Below, piece by piece: positions 38,702 through 52,769 of a stretch of DNA of 64,000 nt. The translations under genes and the position numbers were made by a program. Position 1 is the first letter of the stretch; every line of letters starts with the position of its first letter. The DNA is from Octopus sinensis (taxonomy: Eukaryota): contig NC_043000.1 of the NCBI RefSeq assembly GCF_006345805.1, positions 137,268,001 through 137,332,000 on the forward strand, given 5' to 3'. The notes below the pieces were generated by a model. That model saw only the letters and a list, made by a program, of their open reading frames with translations, was not told the DNA's origin and did not search any database.

Positions 38702-39534
38702 TATATATATAATGTATTAATACATGCACACACAAACACACACACACATATATACGCACACAGAGGCATATATATAAATGAGTAAAATACAGTGGGGTGC
38801 GAGAGTGAGGAGAGAAATGCATTATAAAAAGTACAAATCACCATAATATCGTTTTATATTATTTTCGATGATCTGAAGGTAACGGTGATGATTAACACAA
38901 GTTTCCTTGTATGAGAAGCGTCAACTGGAGACAACATTCCTCAAACCTCTGCAAAATATAGTGTTCGTTTTAAGAAATATATGGTGGAACTGGCAATAGA
39001 TATGAACTTGCGGTCATTGGGTAGGTTACCCCATATTTTATACTCTCAATGATTCAATTTCTGATATCGAAAGAAAGACAAAGCAATTTATCGTGTCTTA
39101 GGTAGCGATCTGGCTTATGGTGCAGTACCATGCTTAACATATCTAAACAGAGTCAACATTACCCATTTGCAATCATATTTTTATGCTTAAGGAGAGAAGC
39201 AACACATACACAAGTGCATACAGGTACATAGTATATATATGTAAACAGATGTAAAGATGGATAATTTTCTATTGAAAATGATACACGTTAACAAGAGGCA
39301 AAGTATAGATAAAAGGCACGTGGCAATTTACTTGCAGACACGTACACACATATGTAAGAAATAAGGAAACAACGATTGACGTAGACGAGAGAAAAAAATT
39401 AACATTATATAAAGTGTTAACAAGTGATTGATAAATACACAGACAGCTCACCATAGATATAACTATTGAAACACGTACATGTATACACACATATATGTAT
39501 AGAGACACATACATACATACATACATACATATAG

Positions 39535-39577
<43 letters not shown>

Positions 39578-39659
39578 TGTATATGTATAAATGTATACTC
39601 GCATTTGTATATATATATATATATATATATAAATGTATACAGGTGTATGTATAAGTATT

Positions 39660-39699
<40 letters not shown>

Positions 39700-39737
39700 A
39701 ACGTATACACACATACACTCGTATACATATGTGTGCG

Positions 39738-39769
<32 letters not shown>

Positions 39770-40166
39770 TATATACATGTATATGAACATGTGTGTATTT
39801 GATATATATATATATATGCATATATAAACAGGCAGATAGATTATTAGACAGATAAACAAAATTCACGAAGTGGCAAGATAAAAAGAGAAATGTGAAATGT
39901 AAGCTTTGTTTTAGCATTCGCTTGTCATACTATTCAGCAACATTATTATTAATGATTCAATTAAATTGGAAAGAAGGCATGAAAAGAATAATTCAGGAAA
40001 GTGTTCTTGGTTATTCTCATTAATATTAATGCAAACAGCTGGAAGGACATTTATAGTTTTCGGTGACTTCTCTATACCAGATAGAGCAAGTGGAAAATAT
40101 CAAGTTGGTATAAAAAGTGTCAAAAGAAAAGGAAGTGAAAGAGAGAGAAAGAGTGAGAGAGTGAGT

Positions 40167-40207
<41 letters not shown>

Positions 40208-40365
40208 GAAAACGAAGAAGAGAAGAAGGATAAAAGATGGACAGATTATGAGAAATTTTGAGAGAGGAAATTAGATGGAAAGTGATTGGTTTGGTGGTAG
40301 TATTATTAAACGTGTATACTGGAGAAAATCTAATGATGAGGGAATATATGTATATGCATGTATAC

Positions 40366-40427
<62 letters not shown>

Positions 40428-40437
40428 GTATATATAT

Positions 40438-40472
<35 letters not shown>

Positions 40473-40569
40473 TTATATATATTATACACATATATAAATG
40501 CACATCTATATAATATATATACATACATATATAAGTATATATATATCCATATATCTATACACAATCATG

Positions 40570-40601
<32 letters not shown>

Positions 40602-40633
40602 CATATATATGCATACTTACATATATATACGCT

Positions 40634-40681
<48 letters not shown>

Positions 40682-41289
40682 CATATAGATACGTACACAC
40701 ACAAACACACACGCACACGTACGCACACACATATATACACAACCTCCGAATAAATATGTGACAGTAGTAACGGAAGCATTTTATGTAAGAGAACGAGTGA
40801 GATAACGAAAGGAGGAGAATTAGAAAGAGAGCGGTAGAGAGAGAGAGAGAGAGGTGGAGAAAAGAAGAAGATGAAGAAAGGGGGAGAGGAAAAGGAGTAC
40901 GGTCAGAGAAAGTGTAGAGGAGAGAGAAATAAGAATTAGAGGGAAATGAGAGTTCCTGGAAGAAGAATGTAACATGTAAAATGGCGAAATATGCATGAAA
41001 GGAAAAACGGAAAAGATCGTGGACGAGAGCCAAGGACGGGGAAAAGAATATCATGAGCAAAAATACAAATAAAGATGAATTTAATTGAAACTGTTAAAAA
41101 GCAAATTCCCGGGGTAGATAAAGAAATGGAGCAAAGAAAAGACCCCCCCCCCAAAAAAAAATGGTGATGAGCCATAAGGGGAAAAAAATATCGAGTAAAG
41201 GTTCCGAAAATAGGTTTGGAAAAGAAGGTACAAAAGGGGAAGATATATATGATCGATATCCAACTCACGCACACGCATGCATCTACCAT

Positions 41290-41355
41290 CACCTCCACCA
41301 CCACCACCAATAACCACCGCCACCACCACCACAACCACCACCGCCGCCACCACCA

Positions 41356-41389
<34 letters not shown>

Positions 41390-41588
41390 AACGCCACCAC
41401 CGCCACCACCGCCACCACCGCAACCGCCACCACCACCACCACCACCACCACCATCACCACCAACACCAACACCACCACCACCAACACCAACACCACCACC
41501 ACCAACACCACCACCTCCACCAACACCACCACCACCACCACCACCAACACCAACACCACCACCACCACCACCACCACCACCACCACCG
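41290..41588. repeat. About 300-bp imperfect (CAC/CCA)n trinucleotide tract
   Basis: Directly visible; it generates the poly-G/P/T/V/H ORFs in the track. Confidence 0.95.
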
Positions 41589-42059
41589 CGCACAGCCACG
41601 CATACAAGGCTGATGCAAACAAGCACACGGGTGTATATGTAGCTAAATACCATTTCATATTGGTGAACATTGCAGTTAGATGAATGCTGCTAGGTAGAGA
41701 GGAATTACTCAGGCTAGCTGCAGACTCAGCTTTGAATAAATGTATAATATATACCAGCCCGATCTTGGCTTAGCCGGCTGAATCTTCGAAGTCACTGTCA
41801 ACTCTAATCTTCCTAAAAAATAATAAATTTGTACTCTACCAAAGTATGGCATGACCCTTCAAATTACTGTAAAATTGTTTTTGCTATAACATCCCCACTT
41901 GACAACCGGTCTAAATGTGTTTATGTCCCCGTAATCTACCGTCTCGGCAAAGGAGATTGATAGAATAAGTATCAAGCTTTAACGGACAAAATTGATATAA
42001 GCTCTTAAAGATAAGAAATCCATTTTAGAAATTCTACTTGTCTTTGTTTCCGGAGTGAT

Positions 42060-42865
42060 GTATTTGAAATTATTTTATTATCAGTCATTATGACGTCGGG
42101 AAACAAGTACATTAATGTTTTGGTTTAGGTCTGTTAGTACCACTTTAAACTTCCTGAGGCTGTTTTCAAACTTATCCATCATGGTTCGAGGTAACATATT
42201 TTGTGCATATATCTACGTTAAATTACTTTATATGTACCATTCGTTATTCACAAGCAGTGTTAGCGTGGTTACGAAAGTAAGGACGCCACAGTTGCACAAG
42301 ACTTACATGGCTATTCTGCAATGATTTGTTTCATTTCTGTTAGTACGAAACAATCTTCTTTGATATATCTATCTCAACATTAGCTATGATTGATACTTGA
42401 TGTGTTTCTTTTAGTGCCATGAATATTGCTTCAGTTTGCTACAAGGTTTCTCAATCATGGAATTTTACTTCTGTTAAGTTGTAAGAGTTCTTTGACGTTC
42501 AGCAGTAGTTTTGGTGCGATGTTTGGATAGATATTAGTGGGTGATAACACGGGACGACAATTTGTGGTAACTATGCGTGTACTACTGCACGGCTATGGTT
42601 CTGTATCTGCTGTAATCCATTCAGCAGCTATGCCACCTTCTACTTCACGCACGATAAACACTGCTACACGACTGGTACATTTTCGATTACATCTGTATTC
42701 CAATACTTCATGGCAGTGAGTAGTATGTGACGTATATTCTTCACACAAGTATTTGTGGTTCTTTCGTATACTTTTATAAATTAAATATCTTCGTTCCTGT
42801 TCTGTGGTTTTGTGAGGAATAGTCCATTTAGTACAACAGCGTACGAATGAGACGGACAGAACCAC
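42060..42865 (-). mobile_element. Decayed 5' part of a CR1-like LINE (possible ORF1 end plus AP-endonuclease start)
   Basis: NRSKIP*LRNL..EAIFMALKETH..SHV..LLSFRN..FENSLRKFKVVLTDL across broken frames follows APE motif order. Confidence 0.45.
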
Positions 42866-43451
42866 AATATATTGCCAAAAAATTAAAAAACCCTGGAAAG
42901 ATCTGCATCAAATAGACGTATACGATAAAAAAAACCCTAATTGATTTCAAATCTGAGACCCAAGACAAACCTAATTCCCAATGAGAAACAGAAATAATAG
43001 TAGGAGTACTAACATCCTCTTTCTCTAAAAAAGCAATCATAGCGATGTGGGAAATGAAATAAAAGTATAATGGTCAAGTCCTTCCATCCTCAGGTTTATG
43101 TCTTTTGCTAAATTAAACCAATTCTCAGGGCAAAAGCATGACACGCAATGTTGCAAAGTTGAGATTTTGAATTACTGATACAATCCATCTAACAGTGTTT
43201 CACATTCCGTCAGTCTACTGGGTTTCCGCTTACACACCTTGGGTCAACACGAGGCGATAACAGATGCCAAGCAGTAGAACTGAATCCAAATAGAGGAACC
43301 AAACTTCTAATGATTTAGCTATGCCGGCATTCACTATGTGTGTGGAGGTGTGTGCTTCTGTATGTATGTATGTATGTATGTATGTATGTATGTATGTATG
43401 TATATATGTATGTGTGGTGCGCGCTCGTGTGTGTGTGTATGTAGAGAAATA

Positions 43452-43539
<88 letters not shown>

Positions 43540-43674
43540 GCGTCTGTATGTGTGTTTATACATATACACAGACAGAAATATATATACGAGCATCAAATAC
43601 GTGATATATAAATATTCATATATATGTTTTATACGAAGAAATATTTGCAGGAATATATATTTTTTTTTTTTTAG

Positions 43675-43990
43675 ACTCCGCCGGTTACGACGACGAGGGT
43701 CCCAGCTGATACGATCAACGGAACAGCTTGCTCGTGAAATTAACGTGCAAATGGCTGAGCATTCCACAGACACGTGTACCCTTAACGTAGTTCTCGGGGA
43801 TAATCAGCGTGACACAGAGAGTGACAAGGCTGACCCTTTGAAATATAAGTACAACTCATTTTTGCCAGCTGAGTGGACTGGAGCAACGTGAAATAAAGTG
43901 TCTTGCTCAAGACACAACGCATCGCCGGGAATCGAACTCACACCTTACGATCATGAGCCGAATGCCCTAACCACTAAGCCACGCGCCCTC
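43675..43990 (-). mobile_element. SINE type D
   Basis: Reverse-complement homologue of 38064-38378; B box gagttcgattcc. Confidence 0.88.
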
Positions 43991-43992
43991 AG

Positions 43993-44054
<62 letters not shown>

Positions 44055-44095
44055 GTATATATATGTATATGTATAAATATATTTATATATATATA

Positions 44096-44128
<33 letters not shown>

Positions 44129-44143
44129 TGTGTATATATAATA

Positions 44144-44180
<37 letters not shown>

Positions 44181-44183
<3 letters not shown>

Positions 44184-45062
44184 AACTTAGAATAACTTAG
44201 AATAACTTAGAAAGGTTTTTGGCCAGTATTGGCCCAGGCCATGTCTAACTTAATAGCACCACCTGGCGAAGTCTTTCAGTTCAGGATTTGGGCACAAGGC
44301 CCATTCGAGCAGAGAGTTATTGTTTGCGGAGACATATCCGGTGTGGGTGGTTTGTCCGGTACTGTTTTTGAAGGAATTTGTCAAAGACTTCTTGAATTTT
44401 GTGTGGTCAGTTTCTTTTTTGACGTGTCCTGGTGTAATGTTGAAGAGAGCGGGTCCAATTGAGGTGAAATAGTTGTGCCGTATTGTCGTTATGTGATGCG
44501 ATTTAGATTTTTGTTGTGGACGGATGGCACGTGGTCCAACCTGGATGCATTTTGAAGGTGATGCAACATCATTCGGACAGTGCTGATGGAATATTTTCCA
44601 CATCATACAGATAATGTAGCGTTCACGGCGTCGTTGGAGTGAATACAAGTTCAGCTTCTCTAGTCTACCCCAGTAGTCAAGGTCTGACATGCCATCTATC
44701 TTTTTTGTGATTGACCTTTGGGGAGCTTCATTCTCATAATATTTTGTTTTTGTGTAGGGAGACCACAGTGGACAGCAGTATTCAAGGTGGGGTCGGGCAA
44801 AAGTGGAGAAGAGAAGGATAATAGCGTGGGAATCTCTCGACTGGAAGGTTCTGAGAATCCAGGAACACATTCTGCGGGCCATGTCAACTTTGCTGCTTAT
44901 ATGTGTAGCCCAGCTTATGTTGTTGTCCACTGTTACTCCCAGGTCTCTGATGTTGTTGGATGCCATGAGAATTTCTCCAGAAGGAAGAGAGTATGGGAGT
45001 TTCAGAGCGTCCTCCCTTCCAAAGTGGATCAGTTCGAATTTGTCTTCATTTAGCAACATGTT
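44181..45062 (-). mobile_element. 5'-truncated CR1/Jockey-group LINE: RT C-terminus, 3' UTR and (TTCTAAGTTA)n tail
   Basis: ORF 44250-45059: IRDLGVTVD...RPHLEYCCPLWSP...RLEKLNLYSLQRRRERY; tandem tail at 44181-44211. Confidence 0.9.
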
Positions 45063-45263
45063 ATTCTTTTCCGCCCATATATATATATATATTCTTAAAT
45101 TTACAAATATACCCGTTGATACATATGTATATATATCTACAAGTAGGTGAATTTATATATACCTATCTATTGTGAGAGCTTATATACCTGTATATACATA
45201 TATGTATATAAACATATATATGTTATATATATATACATTATATACATAATATATTATATACAT

Positions 45264-45322
<59 letters not shown>

Positions 45323-45574
45323 TATATATTATACATACATGAGTATGCGTGTTCGTAAATAAATGATCACATACACATTAAATTCGATATATTTGCGTAT
45401 CGATGTATCGATTATATATACAACACAAATAAACACATACATGATCATATATGTTTATACATATACATTCATACATACACGCACATACATACATATATAT
45501 ATATATAATATATATATATATATGTAGACTGAGATATGTATATGCACATACACTCACTCACACAGAATTGATCC

Positions 45575-45635
<61 letters not shown>

Positions 45636-45744
45636 CTATCTATCTATCTATCTATTTATCTGTATGTGTGTGTATTTATGTGTTTGTATATATATAATAT
45701 ATATATATATTATATATATGTGTATATATATATATATGTATATA

Positions 45745-45804
<60 letters not shown>

Positions 45805-45813
45805 ATGTATATA

Positions 45814-45860
<47 letters not shown>

Positions 45861-46328
45861 TTAGGGTATTTGTGTGTGCGTATATTGTACGCATTCCTGT
45901 ATATTTGTAATATATATAACTGAGTGTAAAGAAAAGAGAAATAAAAAAGAAAAATATGAAGTACCTGTAGTTGTAGTAGAGGAGAGCAAGAAGGAGGTGT
46001 GCCAGTAGAAGAAAAGGAAAGCAGGTGGAAAGAATGATAGTAAGAATATAAATGAATACTTCATGCCTCAGAGATACATAACTTTCAAATTAAATAATCT
46101 TTCGGTTGAATTAATGTCATCCTTATAAGCGCCAGTCCTACATACAACTTAGCTTGCAAAAAAAAATTGATGTTTTATTTCAAAACTGAAATTTGATACA
46201 ATTGAAGGTATTTTAAAACGTTTTTATTTATATTGCTTATCACTTATGTGTTCATATACATATATATATATATATGTTAAATATATATATATATATATAT
46301 ATAATATATATATATTATATATATATAA

Positions 46329-46364
<36 letters not shown>

Positions 46365-46724
46365 TGTATGTATGTATATGTATATTATGTAAAATATCTA
46401 TATAATATATATGAATATGTACATGTAAAACTATATATGTATATATAAATATTCATGTAATATATATATATACATAAATATCTATATATCTATACATAAA
46501 TATATATATATATATATATTTATATGTGTGTGAATGTATATGTTTAAGTGTATATATATATTTATGTATAATATATATATTATATATATATATAATATAT
46601 ATATGTATATATAATATATATATATATTTATGTAATATATATATATATATAATATGCATATATATATATGCACATATATATATGCACATATATATATATA
46701 TAGGTCTGTGTGTATGCATGTATG

Positions 46725-46759
<35 letters not shown>

Positions 46760-47263
46760 GTATGTATGTATGTATGTATATATGTATGTATGGTTGTATG
46801 TATGTACGTATGTTTGATATTTTTACTGTTAGCAGAATGTTATGGTCCACAGAATGGCCTTCTCATAGATATTAAGAACAGAAACTCCAAGTTCAGAAAT
46901 AAATTGCTTGAACGATGAATGAAATTTTGAGTATAATATGATGAAAGAGAAAAATAAAGCAGGAGAGAGATAAATTGATAGATAAAGAGAAATTGTGAGA
47001 AGTAGAAAGGGAGACGTAGGTGGGGAATGAGATAGAAATATATAGATAAAGGAAAGTGAAAAAGACAGTGAAGAAGAGAGACAGAGAGAGAGAGAAAGAG
47101 AGAGAGAGATAATTAGAGTGAGTGAGTGAGCTAGGGTAATATACAGAGACAGAGAAGAGATAAGAAAAACATGATGGCAGAAAGGGGAAAGTGAAAGTAG
47201 AGAAATTACGTGTGTGCGCGCGTTTATATGTGTCTGGGTGAATATGTATTCATATTCATACTC

Positions 47264-47317
<54 letters not shown>

Positions 47318-47704
47318 CAGATCCAGATATATGTGTATGTATACATATATAGGCATACGTACATATTATGTGTGTGTGTGTGTAGAGGAACAGAGTGAGG
47401 TGAAAAAGATATCCAATAATGTTAGTGAAAACATATTGAAAATATATTACAACAGTGACAATAACGGAACGAAATATCTTTATTCTCTTAAATTGAATGA
47501 TATAGAAAAGGAAATATTTATTTATGAAAACTGAACATCCTGAGTATAAAGCTGAGTGAACCAGCGCCGGAGAATAAAGCATACCTACACACACACATAC
47601 CCTCACACTCATAATATAGACATACATACATGCATACATGCACGCATGCATAAATACATACCTACCCACACAAATATGTGGGTGTTTGTGTATGTATGCA
47701 TATC

Positions 47705-47739
<35 letters not shown>

Positions 47740-47768
47740 CATGTATACATATGTTTGTGTATGTATGC

Positions 47769-47815
<47 letters not shown>

Positions 47816-48008
47816 TATATACACATGTCTTTTTTGTATAGAGTCTTTATAATATGGGTTGAGTGTAATATATTATTTAATAAGAGGGAATCAAAAAATG
47901 GGGACTTATGATAAATTTGTTTGCGTCGTTCAAATTGTTTTACGCTTAGTGTTCGAATTAGAGTGTCTATTGAAAATATAATTATCGAATATACGATAGT
48001 TATTGAGC

Positions 48009-48726
48009 TTGGTTACTGTATTCATTCTAAAACAAAAATGTTATCTGTACGTTAGGATGTCACATATAAAATAGCGTGAGTTGAAAGGCAAAAACTCAGT
48101 GAAGGTGTGATGAAAATGTAAATGTAACAAACAGCCAATGGAATTTTTACTGCTATCATTTGATTGAAATTTTGGGGAAACAAGTACGATGCAGACGGAA
48201 GTGAAATATGTCTTTAAAGCTAGTTAGGGACTACAAACAATGCACATTGGTTACTGTATTCATTCTAAAATAAAAATGTTATCTGTACGTTAGGCTGTCA
48301 AATATAAAATAGCGTGAGTTGGAAGGCAAAAACTCAGTGGAGGTGCGATGAAAATGTAAATGTATCAAACAGCCAATGGAGTTTTTACTGTGATCGCTTG
48401 ATTGAAATTTTTGGGAAACAAGGACAATGCAGACGGAAGTGAAACACGTCTTTAAAACTAGTTAGTTATTTATTTATTGCCCACAAGGGACTAAACACAG
48501 AGGGGACAAACAAGGACAGACAATGGGATTAAGTCGATTATATCGACCCCACTGCGTAACTGGGCACTTATTTAATCGACCCCGAAAGGATGAAAAGCAA
48601 AGTCGACCTCGGCGGAATTTGAACTCAGAACGTAACGGTAGACGAAATACTGCTACGCATTTCGCCCGGCGTGCTAACGTTTCTGCCAGCTCGTTAAGCT
48701 AGTTAGTGACTACAAACAATGGACAT
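48009..48726. repeat. 238-bp tandem duplication whose second copy is interrupted by a SINE
   Basis: ttggttactgtattcattctaaaa at 48009 and 48247; unit 2 resumes after the SINE with ctagttagtgactacaaacaatg. Confidence 0.88.
48466..48693 (-). mobile_element. SINE type A, lacking a few 5' nt, TSD about 12 bp
   Basis: Flanked by taa(a/g)ctagttag on both sides. Confidence 0.9.
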
Positions 48727-49054
48727 GTGTTATCTGTTAGAACTTCTCAGTCATGTGTATTCTAGCCAATATGTAAGACTGTGAGTGATCAACGTCCATA
48801 AGTGTACATATGTACATGTGAATGTGTGTGCGTGCGCTTGTGTATGTGTGTGTGTAAATGTTTGTGAATGTATTGTGAGTGTGTGTGTGTACATATGTCC
48901 AGATGCGTGTGAGTGTGCATGTATATGTATACATAAAGAGAGAGAGAGAGAGGCATTGGGACGAAAGTGACTTTGACTATATCAATAAAATGGCCTACAG
49001 AATATACCTGAAGGGAGTATTCCTCGCATTACATAGACAGTGCGCTATCACATA

Positions 49055-49271
49055 CGAGGGGACGCTTAAAATTCCTGGCTTTAAGGGTGTCGGGAAAGGC
49101 CTGGTTGGGGGCCCAACCTTCCGAGTTCCTTTTACGGGGCTTAGAATAACTGAAGGACCGCTATAATAAATGCATGAATTTGAGAGGGGAACACGTTGAA
49201 TAAAATCATGATTAACTGATCTTCTTGTATTTTTTTTACCCAGAGCCAGGACCGTTTCAGCATATCCCTCG
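49055..49271. mobile_element. Mariner-type MITE
   Basis: TA-flanked; TIRs cgaggggacgcttaaaattcctggct vs (reverse complement) cgagggatatgctgaaacggtcctggct. Confidence 0.8.
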
Positions 49272-49373
49272 TATCTGTTATATTCCCCAAACCCCCATAA
49301 ACTATAGACTCCCTGCAGAGGTTTAACCTTCTCCAGAACTAGACTCACAAGGATGCACAGTCACAAGTATTAT

Positions 49374-49785
49374 AGTGGCTGTGTGGTAAGTAGCTTGCTA
49401 ACCAACCACATGGTTCCGGGTTCAATCCCACTGCGTGGCATCTTGGGCAAGTGTCTTCTGCTATAGCCTCGGGCCGACCAATGCCTTGTGAGTGAATTTG
49501 GTAGACGGAAACTGAAAGAAGCCTGTCGTATATATGTATATATATATATGTATGTGTGTGTGTTTGTGTGTCTGTGTTTGTTCCCCTAGCATTGCTTGAC
49601 AACCGATGATGGTGTGTTTGCGTCCCCGTTGCTTAGCGGTTCGGCAAAAAGAGACCGATAGAATAAGTACTGGGCTTACAAAAAAGAATAAGTCCCGGGG
49701 TCGAGTTGCTCGACTAAAGGCGGTGCTCCAGCATGGCCGCAGTCAAATGACTGAAACAAGTAAAAGAGTAAAAGAGTAAAAGAGT
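49374..49785 (+). mobile_element. SINE type B, near full length, young
   Basis: B box gggttcaatccc; (AAAAGAGT)3 tail; close to the 19651 and 59274 copies. Confidence 0.92.
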
Positions 49786-50363
49786 ATATACAAAAAAAAA
49801 AAAAACGCATACACTATGAACTACGTAAACAAGTGTAACCCCACAATAGAGTCTTGAGAAAGGACGATTCTGACATCTTTGATGCTTCGTCAACTAATCT
49901 CAATGACGAGTAATAAATTTTATCTACCAGCAGACTGAGGAAAACGTTAGTTAACCGTGACATGTAATGTTTACTCAAAATGTCACGTCTGATATATCTC
50001 ATTAATTAGTATATATCTCATTAACTAGTACACTAATGTATTGGCTAGTTTTCGAACAATTCCCTGTTCGGTTGTTCTATGAAGCGGGCGTTCGCGCCAT
50101 TACAAAATATTCTTTAAGGTGTTTGTCGAACTAAATAATCTTATTTAAAACACTATGATTTGACTTGAGTGAGATTTAGCTGTTTTTCCCATGTGAAGCG
50201 GCCACATAGAGGTTCACTTGTTGGCTTATCTCGTGTGCTATTGTCATTTGGTCCGAAGCCAGGCACAACGGAACAAACAAATATTGAAATATAATCCAAG
50301 TCCATTTCATTTTCTGATATATATATCATACTTGAAATAGAGCTATATCTACCTACCTATCTA

Positions 50364-50433
<70 letters not shown>

Positions 50434-50521
50434 GTCTGTCTGTCTGTCTGTCTGCCTATCTATCTATCTGTCTGTCTGCCTGTTTGTCTTTCTGTCCGCC
50501 TAGCTGCCTGTCTATCTAACA

Positions 50522-50593
<72 letters not shown>

Positions 50594-50766
50594 ATAATGT
50601 AGTGATGTTCATTATCTAAAATGTCCTTCCTTTTTGAGAAATAACAAACTGTGATTTGAGTGAGATATATTTAATAAAGTGAGCAGCATCACTGATGTCT
50701 CGCGTAGTTTAGCGTTCACGTGTCAAATTTCACATACATACGAGTATTAATATTCCGTCTCTTTAG

Positions 50767-51180
50767 GGCGGCGAGCTGGCAGAACCGTTAGCACGCCGGG
50801 CGAAATACGTTGCCGTATTTCGTCTTCCGTTACGTTGTGAGTTCAAATTCCACCGCTGTCGACTTTGCCTTTCATCCTTTCGGGGTCGATAAATTAAGTA
50901 CCAGTTACGCAGTGGGGTCGATATAATCGACTTAACCCGTTTGTCTGTCCTTATTTGTCCCCTCTATGTATAGCCCCTTGTGGGTAATAAAGAAACAGAT
51001 ATTTCGTCTGCCGTTACGTGCTGAGTTCAAATTCCGCCGAGGTCAACTTTGCCTTTCATCCTTTCGGGTTCGATTAAATAAGTACCATTTACGCACTTGG
51101 GTCGATCTAATCGTCTTAATCCCTTTGTCTGTCTTTGTTTGTCCCAGCTATGTTTAGCCCCTGTGGACAATAAAGAAATA
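50767..51180 (+). mobile_element. Head-to-tail SINE type A dimer, second unit 5'-truncated
   Basis: Full unit 50767-~50996; second unit starts atttcgtctgccgttacg at 51001. Confidence 0.88.
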
Positions 51181-51232
51181 AATATTCTCTCTCTTTCTAA
51201 CATACACATATTTATAGATTCATACGTGCAAA

Positions 51233-51263
<31 letters not shown>

Positions 51264-51403
51264 ATTGAAGCATAGAAATATAATAATATATGGTTGTGTT
51301 TAGTGAAATTAAAAGTCAAAATGGAAGATTGCAACTGGATGTGTATAGAAACTGGAATGTAAATTTGATGGTTAAATTTTGTAACATAAATAAATAACTA
51401 TAA

Positions 51404-51785
51404 TCTCTCTATATATAAAGCTGAAGTTGTCTGTGTATGGCAGGTTTGGTAGCCTTCAACTAACACTATCTCTTCCGAGACCCTGCGGTGCAAGTTGACC
51501 GAAATTGAGAGTATGATAGAAGAAGGCTTGCTCTTCCTTCCGTAGAAGAAAAAATTCAAAACGGACCATGTTAACACCAAAAATTATTTACATCAAAAAA
51601 GTGGGTTTTTTTCTATGAAAATCCCTATTTTTTACGATTTTTTGTCTGCTGTGTCGGTGTATTTCAATCAGAAAATGTTCACTTAAAGAGAATAACAAGC
51701 TACATAATGCAACATTTTTACTTTTCAAAATTTCCAATTCTAAAGGGTCGAAACAAACCCGAGCAACGCCGGGCTATACTGCTAG
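51404..51785 (+). mobile_element. Non-autonomous Helitron, family 2
   Basis: A|TC(TC)TCTATATATAAAG ... CCCGAGCAACGCCGGG hairpin, CTATACTGCTAG|T. Confidence 0.8.
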
Positions 51786-52769
51786 TACTATGATAAAACT
51801 AGTATTCAGAGTCTCTTACTATTTCATTTGATAAAATACTTGCCGGTTGTTCGTATTATATTTATAAATTAATTCTAAAGTGTTACAATTACACCAAAAT
51901 GAAATTAGAACCATAATATACTTTACAAAGAACAATGCAGAAAATTTATGGGTGAATACAGAATTCTTACATTGATACAACTAAGTCGAGGAAGAGTGTA
52001 CTTAATTGAAATGCCTTTTGTAAACGCCTGCTCCTCATTTTATTTATCCCTGAAGAATGAAAAGTAAAGATGATCCCGTGTAGGTGTTGGTTGAGAAAGT
52101 AGAACTGAAAAAAATTTGGTTTGAGGTATTTTTAACTGTATGCGTTGCCGTTTGTGCCGTGCCATCACTTTCATAAATAACAATATCGACAACTCTGTGT
52201 AGTGATTGCTTTAGAGCAAGTGATAAACTCTCACCTAGGTAACGATGTTCAGGTAATGATCTTCATTTCAATTTCACAAACTGCCTCATAAACGACACAT
52301 AATGACACATAAACGTCACATCTATTTATCACTTATAAAATACATTATCATTCAGCTTAATCAAAATAAACCATTATTATCAGAGAACAAAACATTAGGT
52401 TTCTCTTTCTCATGGATTTAGTTGACGGCCGACTCACGTACTCAAATAGAGTAATTCCAAACGCATTCGAAAATTAGAGCCAAGCATGATTATTATCCAC
52501 ACAAGTATGACATAAACAACTACACTATTCGGAATAAATTATATCTTCCATTATTTATTCCTAATAATTACAAATATATTCCGAATATATGATATACTTT
52601 CTCTCATGGAACTGCTAGTAGTTATGTCTATTTGAAGACTATAGGCAATTTTTGGTTATTTACATTCTCAAAGAACCCTCCTGAAAATGCTACATCGATT
52701 CCTCTGTGAGCCTTAATGAAATTAACATCACTACCTATTAATAACACAATGTAGATATATTGCATGTAC

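Noticed and set aside
47385-47534. Protein-like stretch EEQSEVKKISNN...EKEIFIYEN after (TG)n-AG
   Set aside because: A short AT-rich open frame with no recognisable homology or supporting exons.
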